From Syncephalis fuscata S228 (Eukaryota; Fungi; Zoopagomycota): a stretch of 64,000 bases of DNA. The stretch is from positions 868,001-932,000 of the forward strand of contig JAHLTZ010000003.1 in NCBI GenBank assembly GCA_025786725.1. Direction: 5' to 3'. A program made the position numbers and the translations under genes. Positions 22,205 to 34,834 of this stretch are shown piece by piece (position 1 is the first letter of the stretch; every line of letters starts with the position of its first letter). The notes under the pieces are model-generated. The model searched no databases, was not told the DNA's origin, and worked only from the letters and a program-made list of their open reading frames with translations.

Positions 22205-24250
22205 ATGGCATCTCCCGCTAAAATAGCTATGGCTTTAGAACAATCGGCCAACATATCTCTCTTTGGTGATACTCGCCAAATAGTCTACTTTACAGCGATT
22301 CCAGTCATTCTCGTGGTTATCCTTGGCACAACACTACACTTCCTCTACCGACGTCATCATCCGATTATTTACAATCGTGATGTTCCGCTTACTTTACTCA
22401 ACATTATGGCCAATGCCATTGTCAGTGTTTTACATTTGACTAAAACAATTAACTACTACAACTATCCTTGCTTTATTATGCTATGGATTCCAGCAATCGT
22501 CTATCCTCTTTATATTCTAACCATTTTTGCCCGCCTAACACGCATTATCTTCATGTATCGGCTTAGCGAAGCAAGATTACAGGCTATAGATCTTCGCACG
22601 CTACCCATGAGAAGCTACAATGGTCTCGGTTCCTCTATGAGAGAAATGGATCAGGAAAAGCTTACCAACACAAACTCGTGGGAAGTGCCGCATGATGATA
22701 TGGCCATGAATATGCACCATATTACATTATCAGCGCCTGACAATCAATGTAAACCAAATATGAAGTCATTTGATAATGTACCATCGCATTGCCATTGGTC
22801 ACTATCCTATCGACGTCGCTTTACTACACGTGCCTTATGTATATCCATCGGTATACTGCTAATTGTCCACGTTGTGTTAACACTTATCATGCAGCTGCGC
22901 TATCCATCTGAATTTACTTGGATGCCAGCTAAACTCGGCCGCTGTGGTCATTCTGCCGCCTATCTACCTTTGTGGATTAGCTGCGGCTTCTATATTATCT
23001 TTATTGCGCCATTTATCGTATATCACGCACGCGGTATTCACGACGCCTACGGCATTCGTGTAGAGCACTTTTTTGCTCAAGGTATTGCGCTGTTCTTCTT
23101 TGCTCTCTATTTTCTTTTTAAATGGCTTGGCTTCGATAACAACAACGTATTTCCCGCCGCTATGTGGCTCGTCATTGGTACGCTTATCGCCCATCTATGG
23201 ACGGTAGCTCGACCAGCCTGGCTGGCTGAGCGTCACATTAAAGGTAATCGCAAAAATAGCTGCGACTCCCTTGAGCGTATTCAAGGCATTGCCGAATTCA
23301 AAATGCTACTTGACGATCCAATATGGCGTCGTGAATTCCGCCTTTATTCAGTTCGTGACTTTTCCGTTGAAAATATTTTATTTTATGAAGAAGTAATGCG
23401 ACTTCAAATCGATCGCTATTCCACTCATCGGTCAAATTCTTTATTTAAAGATGATCACGAGCTTGCTACCATTCCCGAGACATCTGCCGAAGGTATGGAC
23501 TCGCCAGTGATGGCTTCATTGCCCAAGTCTGAATACACAGACAATTCATCTGTATTCTCTCCAGAACTGGCCCGTAGCCGTTCATTTAGCCGTTCATCGC
23601 AAGTATCCGAGGCCCATACCTTGGGCGGATTTTCAGAAGATGAAATTCTTACCTATTGCAATGCACACCAGCAGGATGACAACTATGGCCACAACAAAAG
23701 ACTCGACCCACTTGATGCCATTCGTCACAACCGATTGCGTGTCCGATCATTGGGTGCCATTACTACGGTAGCCAATTACATGAGCGAGCAGGCCCGACAT
23801 CACTCGGTCCCACCAATGCTCACACATTCGGACTCACTCGACAATGATTTAGATTTGGAACCAAAGCCATTGCCCCGAGAACTGATTAATGGCTTGCGGG
23901 AAATTTATAAACTATTCTTGCGGCCCGATGCCGAGTACGAATTGAATCTGTCCCATCAAGTACGCCGTAATGTGTTGCAGCAATTTGAACAAAATGATTT
24001 GACCGCCGACATATTACAACCGGCAGTGACCGAAATCCTTATGCTGATGTACTTGAACACATATCCTCGTTTTCTCGACTGGATCGACCGTCAAGGCTCA
24101 AAAAATCACATTTCCCGTCGTGGCAGTTCAAAATGCTGGTCTCTAAACTCCTCGGTGGTTGGTCGCAAGACACGTGCAGCATTTGGAGTCGATTCTGACG
24201 AATTACGGTCTGGACTTGCTTTGAGAATGGCCAAAGAAAACGGCTGGTAA
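22205..24250 (+). CDS. Seven-TM receptor-like protein with C-terminal RGS domain (GprK/AtRGS1-like architecture); intronless
   Basis: About 7 hydrophobic helices and a 'HDAYGIR' loop. RGS motifs 'FKMLLDDPIWRREFRLYSVRDFSVENILFYEEV' and 'IYKLFLRPDAEYELNLS...LMYLNTYPRFL'. Confidence 0.85.
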   Translation: MASPAKIAMALEQSANISLFGDTRQIVYFTAIPVILVVILGTTLHFLYRRHHPIIYNRDVPLTLLNIMANAIVSVLHLTKTINYYNYPCFIMLWIPAIVYPLYILTIFARLTRIIFMYRLSEARLQAIDLRTLPMRSYNGLGSSMREMDQEKLTNTNSWEVPHDDMAMNMHHITLSAPDNQCKPNMKSFDNVPSHCHWSLSYRRRFTTRALCISIGILLIVHVVLTLIMQLRYPSEFTWMPAKLGRCGHSAAYLPLWISCGFYIIFIAPFIVYHARGIHDAYGIRVEHFFAQGIALFFFALYFLFKWLGFDNNNVFPAAMWLVIGTLIAHLWTVARPAWLAERHIKGNRKNSCDSLERIQGIAEFKMLLDDPIWRREFRLYSVRDFSVENILFYEEVMRLQIDRYSTHRSNSLFKDDHELATIPETSAEGMDSPVMASLPKSEYTDNSSVFSPELARSRSFSRSSQVSEAHTLGGFSEDEILTYCNAHQQDDNYGHNKRLDPLDAIRHNRLRVRSLGAITTVANYMSEQARHHSVPPMLTHSDSLDNDLDLEPKPLPRELINGLREIYKLFLRPDAEYELNLSHQVRRNVLQQFEQNDLTADILQPAVTEILMLMYLNTYPRFLDWIDRQGSKNHISRRGSSKCWSLNSSVVGRKTRAAFGVDSDELRSGLALRMAKENGW

Positions 24251-24914
24251 TACGATTGCATTTTAATACACTCTTTCTTAGTTATTTACCATTGGTGTTT
24301 AAACAATGTCCATGTGCAACTATGTATCTTTAATTGTCATTGTACCATTTCGTTTATAGACACACGTGCAGAACAAGCTATACTAACACGTGGGATCGTC
24401 TTTTTTAATTGCTTTTTCTTTCGCTAATTACATATATAGACTGGTCCGTGTTTATCCTTGAGTTTTTCCCCATTCTTGTTAACACATCCTTGTACCGTTT
24501 CGAGCACGGCATTTTTCATATTTAATCCTATTCTATTGCCTCTACGCTTCGCTATCCATACATCCACTTTTTCCATTCATTACTATCTATTAAATGAACA
24601 ATTGCTACATTTGTGGGCCAATAATTTATTGTTATTTTCGTAAAAGTTATATTAAATTTAAGCCATATTCATTTTAGATACACCATTTACGCAACTCGAT
24701 GTTCTGACGTACTGCTAAAACCAATATATTTTGTCGCCGTTACCATTCTACCAGCTCTACTAACCAATCACCTATTCTACCATCGCTATCACATTAACGC
24801 GTATTTAAATCCCACGCGTAAATCATTGATGAATTTGTCTGATTCTGGACGCAGACCTTGAACAAAATCGTAAATTTAAACTTATTACTTCTGGCTATAC
24901 TTTATAATTCTATT

Positions 24915-27227
24915 ATGACAGCCGCCCTTAGTGTACTTAGCCCATACTCACGCCAAGTAGTCTACTACACTACGACAGCCGTATGGCTAGTATTTCTTGC
25001 ATTGACTTCATTTCTATTCTACCGATTCCGACGACATCCAGCCATTCAACACCGCGATGTAGCACTTACCATGGTAAGTATTACGGCCAATACGGTATTT
25101 TCCGTACACTATTTGGTCAAAATCCCACTGGCTGGCAACTATCCCTGTGCACTCCACCTTTGGATACCCATTGCGTTTATGCCACTATGGCTTATGACGT
25201 TACTTGCTCGACTCACCCGCATTATTGCTGCTTATCGCCTGGGCGAAGCAAGACTTTACGCGGTCGAACAAACACAAGACACTAAACTGAACGACGACAC
25301 TAATACACTATCACCTTTGTCACATTCTACTGACCGACGATCCAGTATACGACATACCGTAAACAAATTATTGCGAACTACAAGTACACATGAACCAATG
25401 ATGGGTCGTAGAACACCCAATAGTATACCGATGATAAAAAAGAAAGCATCATCGTCGTCGACGACTGCTTGTACATTCAATTCAAACCAAGGTTACGAAG
25501 AACGAAGCGACTGGCCAGGTAGTCATGAACATACGCGTAACCTGTCATCTGTCTCTACCGAGAATGACGTCGACATTAATGTCGTGGTAGATCCAGACCG
25601 GGCCTATGCCACGCTTACTTCCCCTCGATCGGCCCATTGGACATTTGTTTATCGTCAACATTTGACAACACCTTCACTTGTACGAATGATTATTGTTCTT
25701 GAACTTATTATTCTTATTGGTGCCGTCTTTTTCCACTATATGTTCCGTGATGCCTTCTTTTATCGCCCCGATGGCTCATGTGGCAGCTCGCCCACCTATA
25801 CGTATATCTGGGTCGTTGCCGGTATCTATTTAGTGCTAGTCACACCAGCACTTATTTATGCCGCACGAGATGTACACGATGCCTGGGGCATTCGCAATGA
25901 ATTAGTACTATGCGATATTATTGGTATTATATCGTGCATTCTATTCGGTATATTCCGTATAGATGGATGGGGCGATGATTCAACCTGGCCTGCTGCTTTG
26001 TGGATTTTATGGGGAGCGAGTTTTACACATGTGTGGACAGTAGCTCGCCCAGCCATTAGAGCTGCATGTGATTTACGCGATATCAAACACTATAAGCCAC
26101 GAAACATGTCATTGGATCATGTCAATAACACGATGAGCTGCACTAATGTACCGCAAATGATAACACCGCAAATACGACGTATTCCTTCCTCCATAAGCCA
26201 TAAAACACTTAATGAAACGTCTATTCCACTTTATTTATCTCTATCACATCCTACATCGCCTACATCTCTTTATCCGCCACCGCCATCGCCCACTACTATT
26301 CCACACTTGAATGCCTATCGGGATAGAATTGCCTCGTGGCAACCAACACCAATACCGCGTAGTAGCCAACATGAGCCACAAGCTTCATCTATCACACTAG
26401 ATAACATTCTTGCTTGCCCCGATCTACTACCAAGATTCCGATCGTTTTGCATGCACGATCTTAGTCTTGAATCACTTTTATTCTACGAAACTGTCACTCA
26501 TCTTCAGGCCCGTATTACTGGTATCGACCGAGCACCAAGATATGACCCGCATCATCATCATCGATCATCACCGATGACGGATACACATGGTCGACCTGCC
26601 CATTGGGAGGATAATCTTTCCGTACGCCAGTCTTACTTGTTAGCTGATCGTGCACCAACACCGCCACCACCATCGGCCCGATCAGCGTATAACTTTCCCC
26701 TTCGATCACCAACACTTACGACACTGCCTGCTGCACAGCCAATGGTCTCATCGTCATCATCACCACCATCGTCACCACTATCACCATCATTTAACATGAC
26801 CACTTCTAGTGGTGGTGGTGGTGGTGGTGGTAGTATGACCATACGTCGTCCTCCGCTTTCCCGTGCCGCTACCAACATTCAACTGCGCAATATCGTTGAT
26901 GCTTTTATTCGTCCTGGTGCACCCTACGAAGTACCGGTATCTACGCCACTACGTGAACGACTACTACAACGAGTCGATCGCAGTCTTTATCCCCAAAGTA
27001 ACGAATCAACGCCAGATATAATGGAATCGGGTCTACAACACCAACAACAATACCATAGAGATTGTAGTCTCGTTGATTTATACGAAGCAGCCAACGAAAT
27101 ACGTCAACAACTGGAAGATCATTCAGTGGTACGTTTTCGTCAAGAATACATTAAACTAGTAAAAAGCTCGAACAACTGTCCCACCACACCTGTAAGTCGA
27201 TGGCGCCAATGGATTCGCGTCTGGTAA
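24915..27227 (+). CDS. Second 7TM-RGS paralog; intronless
   Basis: Shares 'RRHPAIQHRDV.LT', 'YPC..LWIP', 'ARLTRII..YRL.EARL', 'HDAWGIRNE' and 'HVWTVARPA' with its neighbour. RGS motifs 'LDNILACPDLLPRFRSFCMHDLSLESLLFYE' and 'IVDAFIRPGAPYEV...LEDHSVVRF'. Confidence 0.85.
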   Translation: MTAALSVLSPYSRQVVYYTTTAVWLVFLALTSFLFYRFRRHPAIQHRDVALTMVSITANTVFSVHYLVKIPLAGNYPCALHLWIPIAFMPLWLMTLLARLTRIIAAYRLGEARLYAVEQTQDTKLNDDTNTLSPLSHSTDRRSSIRHTVNKLLRTTSTHEPMMGRRTPNSIPMIKKKASSSSTTACTFNSNQGYEERSDWPGSHEHTRNLSSVSTENDVDINVVVDPDRAYATLTSPRSAHWTFVYRQHLTTPSLVRMIIVLELIILIGAVFFHYMFRDAFFYRPDGSCGSSPTYTYIWVVAGIYLVLVTPALIYAARDVHDAWGIRNELVLCDIIGIISCILFGIFRIDGWGDDSTWPAALWILWGASFTHVWTVARPAIRAACDLRDIKHYKPRNMSLDHVNNTMSCTNVPQMITPQIRRIPSSISHKTLNETSIPLYLSLSHPTSPTSLYPPPPSPTTIPHLNAYRDRIASWQPTPIPRSSQHEPQASSITLDNILACPDLLPRFRSFCMHDLSLESLLFYETVTHLQARITGIDRAPRYDPHHHHRSSPMTDTHGRPAHWEDNLSVRQSYLLADRAPTPPPPSARSAYNFPLRSPTLTTLPAAQPMVSSSSSPPSSPLSPSFNMTTSSGGGGGGGSMTIRRPPLSRAATNIQLRNIVDAFIRPGAPYEVPVSTPLRERLLQRVDRSLYPQSNESTPDIMESGLQHQQQYHRDCSLVDLYEAANEIRQQLEDHSVVRFRQEYIKLVKSSNNCPTTPVSRWRQWIRVW

Positions 27228-27327
27228 TACTATTATGTGTGTATGCATGTGCGTTTATGTATCTACTTGTTCATTCAATTTTATAAATCTATTATGCTAT
27301 CCATTATAGTCTTTATTAAATCACAAC
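26201..27327. repeat. Inverted repeat B, right arm
   Basis: Reverse complement of 14465-15587. Confidence 0.95.
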
Positions 27328-27370
27328 CACAATCAAAATGTATAATGATAGTAGTATTAAGAAGCAGAGA

Positions 27371-28242
27371 TTAAAGCGTCTAGTTCACCACTAGCATGTA
27401 GCTCGTTAACAATATCAAGTCCACCTTGTAATTCGCCTCGAACATACAGCTGTGGATAAGTTGGCCAGTCTGAGTACTTTTTCAATCCTGTTCAACGCCA
27501 GTTAATCTATGCTATCAACTACTTAGTAGTAACTAACCTTGGCGCACTTGCTCATCTCCTAAAATATCAAAATAGTCATATGAAATATTAGCACTATTTA
27601 ATAGATGGACTAGTTTCTTTGAAAAGCCACATCGTGGTGTATCTGGCGAGCCTTTAATAAAAATCATAACGGTTGCCCGATGAGTAAGCTGCTTCAAATA
27701 CGCTTCCAAGTCATCCTCGGTGCGTTGTGGCGGTGGTGCTAATGGTGCACGCGGTTTGTTGTTTGATGGCGTAGCAGTGGCTGCTGCTGTAAATTGACGC
27801 TCTACAGCCGCTGTAAGCTCTACAGTATTGGCACCATTTACTCGATCAATTGGCTTGCCATTCTGATTGTTTTATGATTTATTAGACAACACACACACAA
27901 AATACAGCTTAACTACTTACTCGAATAAAGATAAAAGTTGGTACAGCTTCAATATCAAATCCCTCCGATACTTCTGGATACTTTTCAGCCTCTACCTATT
28001 AATGGTAACCGCCATAACAATAAAGTACATTATATTAAATACACTATACTAATATTCAAATACTATTTGCTTACCTGGATAAATTGAAGCTTGTATTGAG
28101 TCGATAGATCGGCAAAAACTTCATTCATTTGCTTACACGGCTGTGCCCAAGCAGCCCAAAAGTTGACTACAGAAACACCGGCTGTCTTGCTAGTAAGCAG
28201 ACTATGCAACTGGTCTTCACTCGTAATCTCAATGACGGTCAT
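27371..28242 (-). CDS. GRX4: Monothiol glutaredoxin Grx3/Grx4 (Trx domain + Grx domain), multi-exon
   Basis: [13 protein letters not shown] thioredoxin-like domain, then [44 protein letters not shown]. Confidence 0.92.
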
Positions 28243-28863
28243 GATGTTTAAAATAGCTGTGATCTCTGTTGGTGGTAGCGTATAGTAGTATCGAGGCAAA
28301 AAAGAAGAAGAGGTGGGAATCAAAGCATCAGATAAGCCATAATTACAATGGCATCATCATTATCGGTACTATCGTCATCAGAATTTCCAGTAAAAGAACG
28401 ATTTTATTTCCAACAAACTGGTCAACTCTATAAACCAATTAGAATAAACTTTTAATTGCAGTATTATAGACTACAGTAGTAAAGAGGGAATTGGTACAAT
28501 AGCTAGAACAGTATATTATCAATGATTTAGAATGTCTATATTGTTAAATAAATAAACTAAAATATGAATACCAAGTTAATACTTTGTTCATGAATTGTAT
28601 ATATCTGCTCATTTTATTATATTAATATACATATATTATTTGATAAACTGATTTAAATATATAAAATGCATCATCTATGTAATTAGAATCGATTAGTAAA
28701 GTGTAATTATTTTATAGAGAATAGGAATACAATAAAGCATCAGTCGCTATTATGTCATTTAAAGTCTATTTGATGATGGGCTCCACACATGTGCCAGTCC
28801 CTTATACGTTCTATGATTTAATTGACTTTTATCTTTACTTATCCTGCTATTAATAGTACTACA

Positions 28864-31800
28864 ATGAATGTCGGGTCATTTTCTTCGTTCTTTCTGCCAA
28901 GTAAGGTGTTAAACAATACGGCCCGTGCTACTGGCATATCATCCATACGTGTAGCCGATGGAGGCAGTCTACGTCTTACGCAGTTTCTAAAACGACTTAC
29001 CCAATGCGAGTCCCGTCGAGTAGGTAGATGACGTGCCGTATTGCCTCACTAACACAAGCACCATTATAACTAGGTCGAACGTAGTATAGTGCAGACCGAA
29101 CTACAGCATGTACAAAAAGAATTTGCCCAAGATGACAGTGTAGTAAGCAACGACCACCCATAATATACTGTAACGTACTGATTAATACTAACTATTTAAT
29201 GATATGGCTGGTTTGACAGGTGTGTTTACGGGATGGTCTGCTGCGTGTTACCTATTGTCAGCTACTAGGCTACTCGGTAGACGCATTTGCTTCTTATGTC
29301 GCGGCATTAGTACAACGGTCAGATTGTATAGCCGATAAACGCATAGGCTACACGCTAGCCGCTCTACTACTAAATGATGGCAGCGAGTTTGCCCTTATGC
29401 TCGTCAATGCCATGCTTAAGGTATATTTTAGAAAGTCATCCGCTTTAGTCGGGCAACTAATATACTCGATAGGACTTGCAAAGTAGAGAAGACAACTTTG
29501 TTATATTTACACTGACAGCACTTACACATCTAATGAACACGGATATTGCCACAGCCACGACACCAAGTGTCATTAAACTACTCGTTCATCCTAGGTAAGC
29601 ACTACAGCCCATGTTAGTCTACAGTCACTGATCGTTATTATAGTGAGGCTGTACGACGACGGGTTATTGTTGTGTTGGAGTGTGTAGAACGATGTTCGCC
29701 TGACATGCTTGTTCCGTATCGTGACAAGATCACGGCACTGTTAGATGATCAACATGCCAGTGTAGTGTGTGCAGCTGTGAGTATTGTAACAAAATTTGCC
29801 CAAGTAAGTCTAATTAATCTACGGTGTAAAATGTGATTAATAATAAAGGATTAGAAACATCGTAATACGTATAAACCATTGGCCCCTCGATTATCAAGCA
29901 TTTTACGTATTATTGCTAGTGAGCGTTTATCGGAAGAATACAATTACCACAATGTGCCAGCACCATGGTTTCAAATGCGCCTACTTCGACTAATAGCCGA
30001 GCTTGTTTATGATGATGCAACGTAGGTTAATGGATGCGTTGTCATGGTTTAAATATTTACTTATATCTATATATTGTATATTGTATAGGTTAAGTGAACA
30101 AGTATTACCGGATGTACTATTTGCTTTGGAAAAGGCACAAGCCGGTGTAGATGCAGCACTGGGTAAATATAATAGACTACAGCCATTTAGTACTTATTAA
30201 TGCTTCTATAGGCATCACCTATGAATGTATACGCACATTAACAAGATTAGCACTGCCGGCCACCTTGTATATCAATAGTGCAGCCCGTCCATTTGATGTA
30301 CCCACCCGCTTACTTCGATCACGTAATGCCAATCTTCGTTGTTTGGGATTATGTATTCTAGGTGAAATAGTTCGAGTAGAGCCAGGTCAGGCTGAAGAAC
30401 ATCAACAAGTACTCGTGGGATGTTTAGATGCCTCTGACGTTAATCTACGCCGATTAGTAAGTTGTAAATTAATCCTAATTATGGTCTAATGATTGATTAT
30501 GAATAGACATTGAATTTACTTTATGAAATTACAACATGTCATAATGTAGCCGTAGTGGCTGATAAAATGCTTGAATCCATCCATGCATGTTCATCAATGC
30601 GTGATGCTTGGTGGCGAGAAAGGTTGGCTGGACGCACTGTAGAATTAGCATTAAAGTAAGTAGTCTATAACAACTACAAAACAGTACTTATTCTACTAAC
30701 TCCATTTAGACTGTCACCAAGCGCCACCTGGTTTGCCACCACTATTGTACGTGTACTTCAACAATTAAGTCAGCGTAATGAACGACTACCAGATAAACTA
30801 TTTGAACGTATTATGTCATTTATTGGACAAGGTATGATGCTATAATCTATTAGATCATATATGCTAACTAGATCATTAGATGTATCTTTGGATAATTACA
30901 CTATGGGAGAGACATTAAAGACGACTTGTGCCAACCTATTGACCAAGACCCTTGAAGATAGCATTAATATAAATGAACAACAACAACAACAACAATTATC
31001 CATCAATCCCAATCAAAATGAGCAATTAATTCAATTAGCCGTATGGGTTATAGGTGAATATAGAGTGATAGAAGGATCAACAACCTATAATAGAGTAGTG
31101 ACCACCCTAGTTGATCTATTTAATCATGTAAAGAGTAAGTAGCTTAGCCATTGTATTGATAGTTATATTGACTATATTATATTATATAGATTCATCATTA
31201 CAATGTCAAATATTATTAGGAATAAGTAAAATACAAAGTCGAGTACCTGAAGACAATTTATTAGCATCAGTCAAGGATATAATAGAGACCAGTAAAACAG
31301 CATCATCGGCCGAATTACGTAATGTAACTATATAAATACAAATATACTGATTTAATAACTAATCATTAATTAAATTTAGATGGCCATTGAACTATCCAAG
31401 TTATATGAACAACATCATTTATTAACAACTGTATTTCCAGAGAATGCCTTTTTTGACTACTTGGATGTAACTATATATATATATATATATGATATAGTAA
31501 ACTAATCAATCAATTGTTAGATGGAAGCATTACTGTCACCCATTCATGCTCAAGCTAAACAAGCCCGCCATGAAGGAGCATCTGAATTTGATGCCACATT
31601 AATTATAAAAACCGAACAAGAATGTAAGATAAATAAAGTATTACAATACTATAGTATACTAATAGCAACATCATCTATAGTGAATGAAATAACAGTATCG
31701 AGTATTCGTACAGAAGCGTATCAACCACCTCAATGGCCATCAGATACCGTGAATAACCGAGTAGCCCGAAGGACCCATCAACGACAAGCATCATCTCAAT

Positions 31801-32213
31801 CAGGATGGACAGGAACAGCAAATCAAATGAATTCCATGATACTACCCGATGATCAAATGTGGCAGAGTGCAACGTAAGTTAACTAGTCATTATAGTAGTG
31901 TAGATGTCATATTAATCATCTATCTATTAGATTATCTCCATATCGACCACGTCGTTACTCTAAACACCAATCACCAAGTAAAACCCATTACTGGACACGT
32001 CATGGCTATTCAGCAGTAACCACCAAAGAAACACCTATTAATAGCCATATTGATTCTATTGATACCAACACTCATACCAATGTTGATACCGATACTCCAT
32101 TGACATCTATTCCTGATGTATCTCCTTCATCTTCACTTTTACCTATTATGGATGCTGAATTGTTAAGAGAACAACAAGAATTAGTGGCAGCTTTGTTTTA
32201 TAAACCTCATTAA
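28864..32213 (+). CDS. AP4E1: Large adaptin subunit, most like AP-4 epsilon; many exons
   Basis: 'LLRVTYCQLLGY', 'KRIGY...LMLVNAMLKDLQS', 'EEYNYHNVPAPWFQMRLL', 'NANLRCLGL', 'HQQVLVGCLDASD...TLNLLYEITTCHNVAVVADKML'. The YCxxLGY, VPAPW and HQ..ixCLD patterns fit epsilon better than gamma or alpha. Confidence 0.7.
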
Positions 32214-32442
32214 TTGTAGTTCATTTATCATTCAATCCTCCAATAAAATTTGTATTATTTTATCAGATTAACCTAAAATAGTAAAAAGTTTACTTATTAA
32301 TCTATTTATTTTATTAAATAAGTACTTGTTCTGTTTGACTTGCCCCTTTTCACTTCACTGATCATTCATTCCTGTTATTGTACAAGTTTGGTTTACGAGT
32401 TATTCTATTGAACTGTGACCAGTGTAATTACTATTGTTTATT

Positions 32443-34752
32443 ATGGCTCGTCGGAAACAAAACAAGAAAAAGTCCAATTCCAATGGACGAGTTAAGAATC
32501 AAAAGACACCGTCTATACCTGTACCTGTACCTAGTACAGAACGAGAACAGGAACAGGAACATAGTGGCACAGTTAACGTATCTCCTATAACGAGTAATGC
32601 CGATTCATTAGGTCAAGTAGTAGTAAAAGAAACCTCCAACTATGATGATAGTCCATTAGTATCTAACGAGACAAGTCCATTATTATCAAGGCCTATAAGT
32701 ATATCCTCTACATCAGCTGCCACTGAAGCAACTGAAGTAGCACCACCACCATCAACTCCTCCTTCTCCTTCTCCTCCTCCAAAAGAGAGAGCTCTTTATC
32801 CAATCAATATGGTAGTCATTATAATGATGATGATGATGATGATGATGATCAATCTAATACAGCCCATCCATTATCGAATGAAACACATCGTCAAGGAACA
32901 CGACAAGAGAATGCACCACTCAAGTATAAACTAGTAGCACTTATTTGTAGTCTACTAATGGCCTGTAAGTTGTAATATAATTGGATATTTATTTATTAAT
33001 ACTACTATTCTGACTAGTTGGCAGTCACTTTGCTGCACATACACTAGGCACACTTAAAGGGAAGGTCAAAGAGGTAAGTGCCTGTTTTGTATACACGAAT
33101 ATTTATATTAATTAATTAATTAATTAATTAAATGTATTTAATAGGAATTACATATTAGTAATTCACAATATGGTGTGTTACAGTCATCTGTGGCTATTGT
33201 GAACACAGTATTGCCTATGGTGGCTGGTTTCTTTGTCGATACATTTGGTACACAAATTGGATCTGTATTAGCGACCAGTTTAATTGCTAGTGGTTATGTA
33301 CTCGCGGCCTTTTCTACCAATATAGCCTCATTTCCTATCATGGTTATTGGCTATGTACTCTATGGATTGGGTAGTGGATCAGTAACTGTAGTACAAGGCA
33401 CTATACTTAGTCACTGGTTCCGTGGTAAAGGTTTAGCCATTGCTATGGGCATGGAAATAGCCACCTCCCGTCTAGTAAGTGATATATATATATATATGTA
33501 TATGTATATGTATATGGATGTTTGTGTTAATTATAGTTGATATAGGCATCCTATCTATCTATGGCTACTGTAGTGTCGATTGCGCAATGGACAGGCTTCT
33601 ACGGTTGGGCATTCTGGGTAAATAGTATATAGATATAGACAACACTATAATTAATATACCATTTATTAGTTTGCCGCTTTACTCTGTGTATTGTCATGGA
33701 CGGTCAATTTAGGCTATGTCCTATTCATACGCTATTTACACGAAGAAGTAGGCGTGGAACGAGAACAGCTAGCCAAAAAGAAAGCCTTCCATCCCCGTAA
33801 TCTACTATACTTTCCTATTACCTTTTGGTGTATTATTGGTATGATATTTACGCTAGGTAGTTGTTGGACCATCTTCCTCCACTTTAACACGTAAGTAATA
33901 ACTACTGTCATATTATATGTATACTATGGGTAATTAATGGATATGATATAGAGAAATGGTTAAATTGAGATTTGGTCATAATGATGAAGCATCGGCCCGT
34001 ATTGCAGTACAGCTCAAATATTACCTATATTCTTTGCACCATTCCAAGGATATCTACACGACTTTTACGGTAGACGGGCCACCACCGGTAAGCTATAATA
34101 ATGATAGTATAATTTACATTCTAACACTATTGTAGCTATTGTATCTACTTTGCTGTTTATTGGTTCGATGTTACTATTTTTATGGTGGCCAGAACTATCA
34201 CCGATGGTTGGCATGTTAGTGTTTTCCATTTCATTAACCATTGGTCCAGTGGCTATATTTTCATCAGTGCCATTAGTGTTGGCCAGTACAGCAGTGGGTA
34301 CTGGATTAGGCGTATACAAATCGGTATTACATATGGGTGTGTCACTATTGGATATTGTGGCGGGTATTCTACAGGATAGAGCATCTCATCATAGTAATAC
34401 ACCACAACCAGTACATGATGAATATTCACCTGTATTGACCTTTTGTGCCATAATTGGCGGTATCGGCTTTTTATTTGCCCTTGGTGTATGGTGGACAGAT
34501 CCACAACATGTTCTACAGAAAGGTAGAAGCAATAGTGAAAATGAATCTATCTATTCGCCACCTAATCCACTAGAGACTGAATCACCGTCTGATGAGTCAC
34601 CACTACTACCATCCACTACATCTACACCCTCGTCTAGTTCTCCACTACCACCGGTTAAATGGTATAGTTGGATTGCTGTTACTCTACTAGTGATTGCTCT
34701 ATTATCTAGTTGGATATTATTTGTGCTTAAACTTATTCATCCTAAAGAATAA
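32443..34752 (+). CDS. Major facilitator superfamily transporter, MFSD1-like; multi-exon
   Basis: 'GSHFAAHTLGTLK', 'ISNSQYGVLQSSVAIVNTVLPMVAGFFVDTFG', 'GLGSGSVTVVQGTILSHWFRGKGLAIAMG', 'VGTGLGVYKS'; long disordered N-terminus. Confidence 0.85.
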
Positions 34753-34834
34753 ATACACTAAACTACGATGACTAGTTTATTCACTAATAACTATTTATTA
34801 TTATTGTTGTTGTTGTTGTTGTTGCTATTATTAT

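Noticed and set aside
27371-28242. Glutaredoxin as a Sec-containing protein, or an FMO-SepSecS-Grx redox gene cluster
   Set aside because: The active site is ordinary CGFS with a TGT codon. The proximity of these housekeeping genes is probably coincidental.
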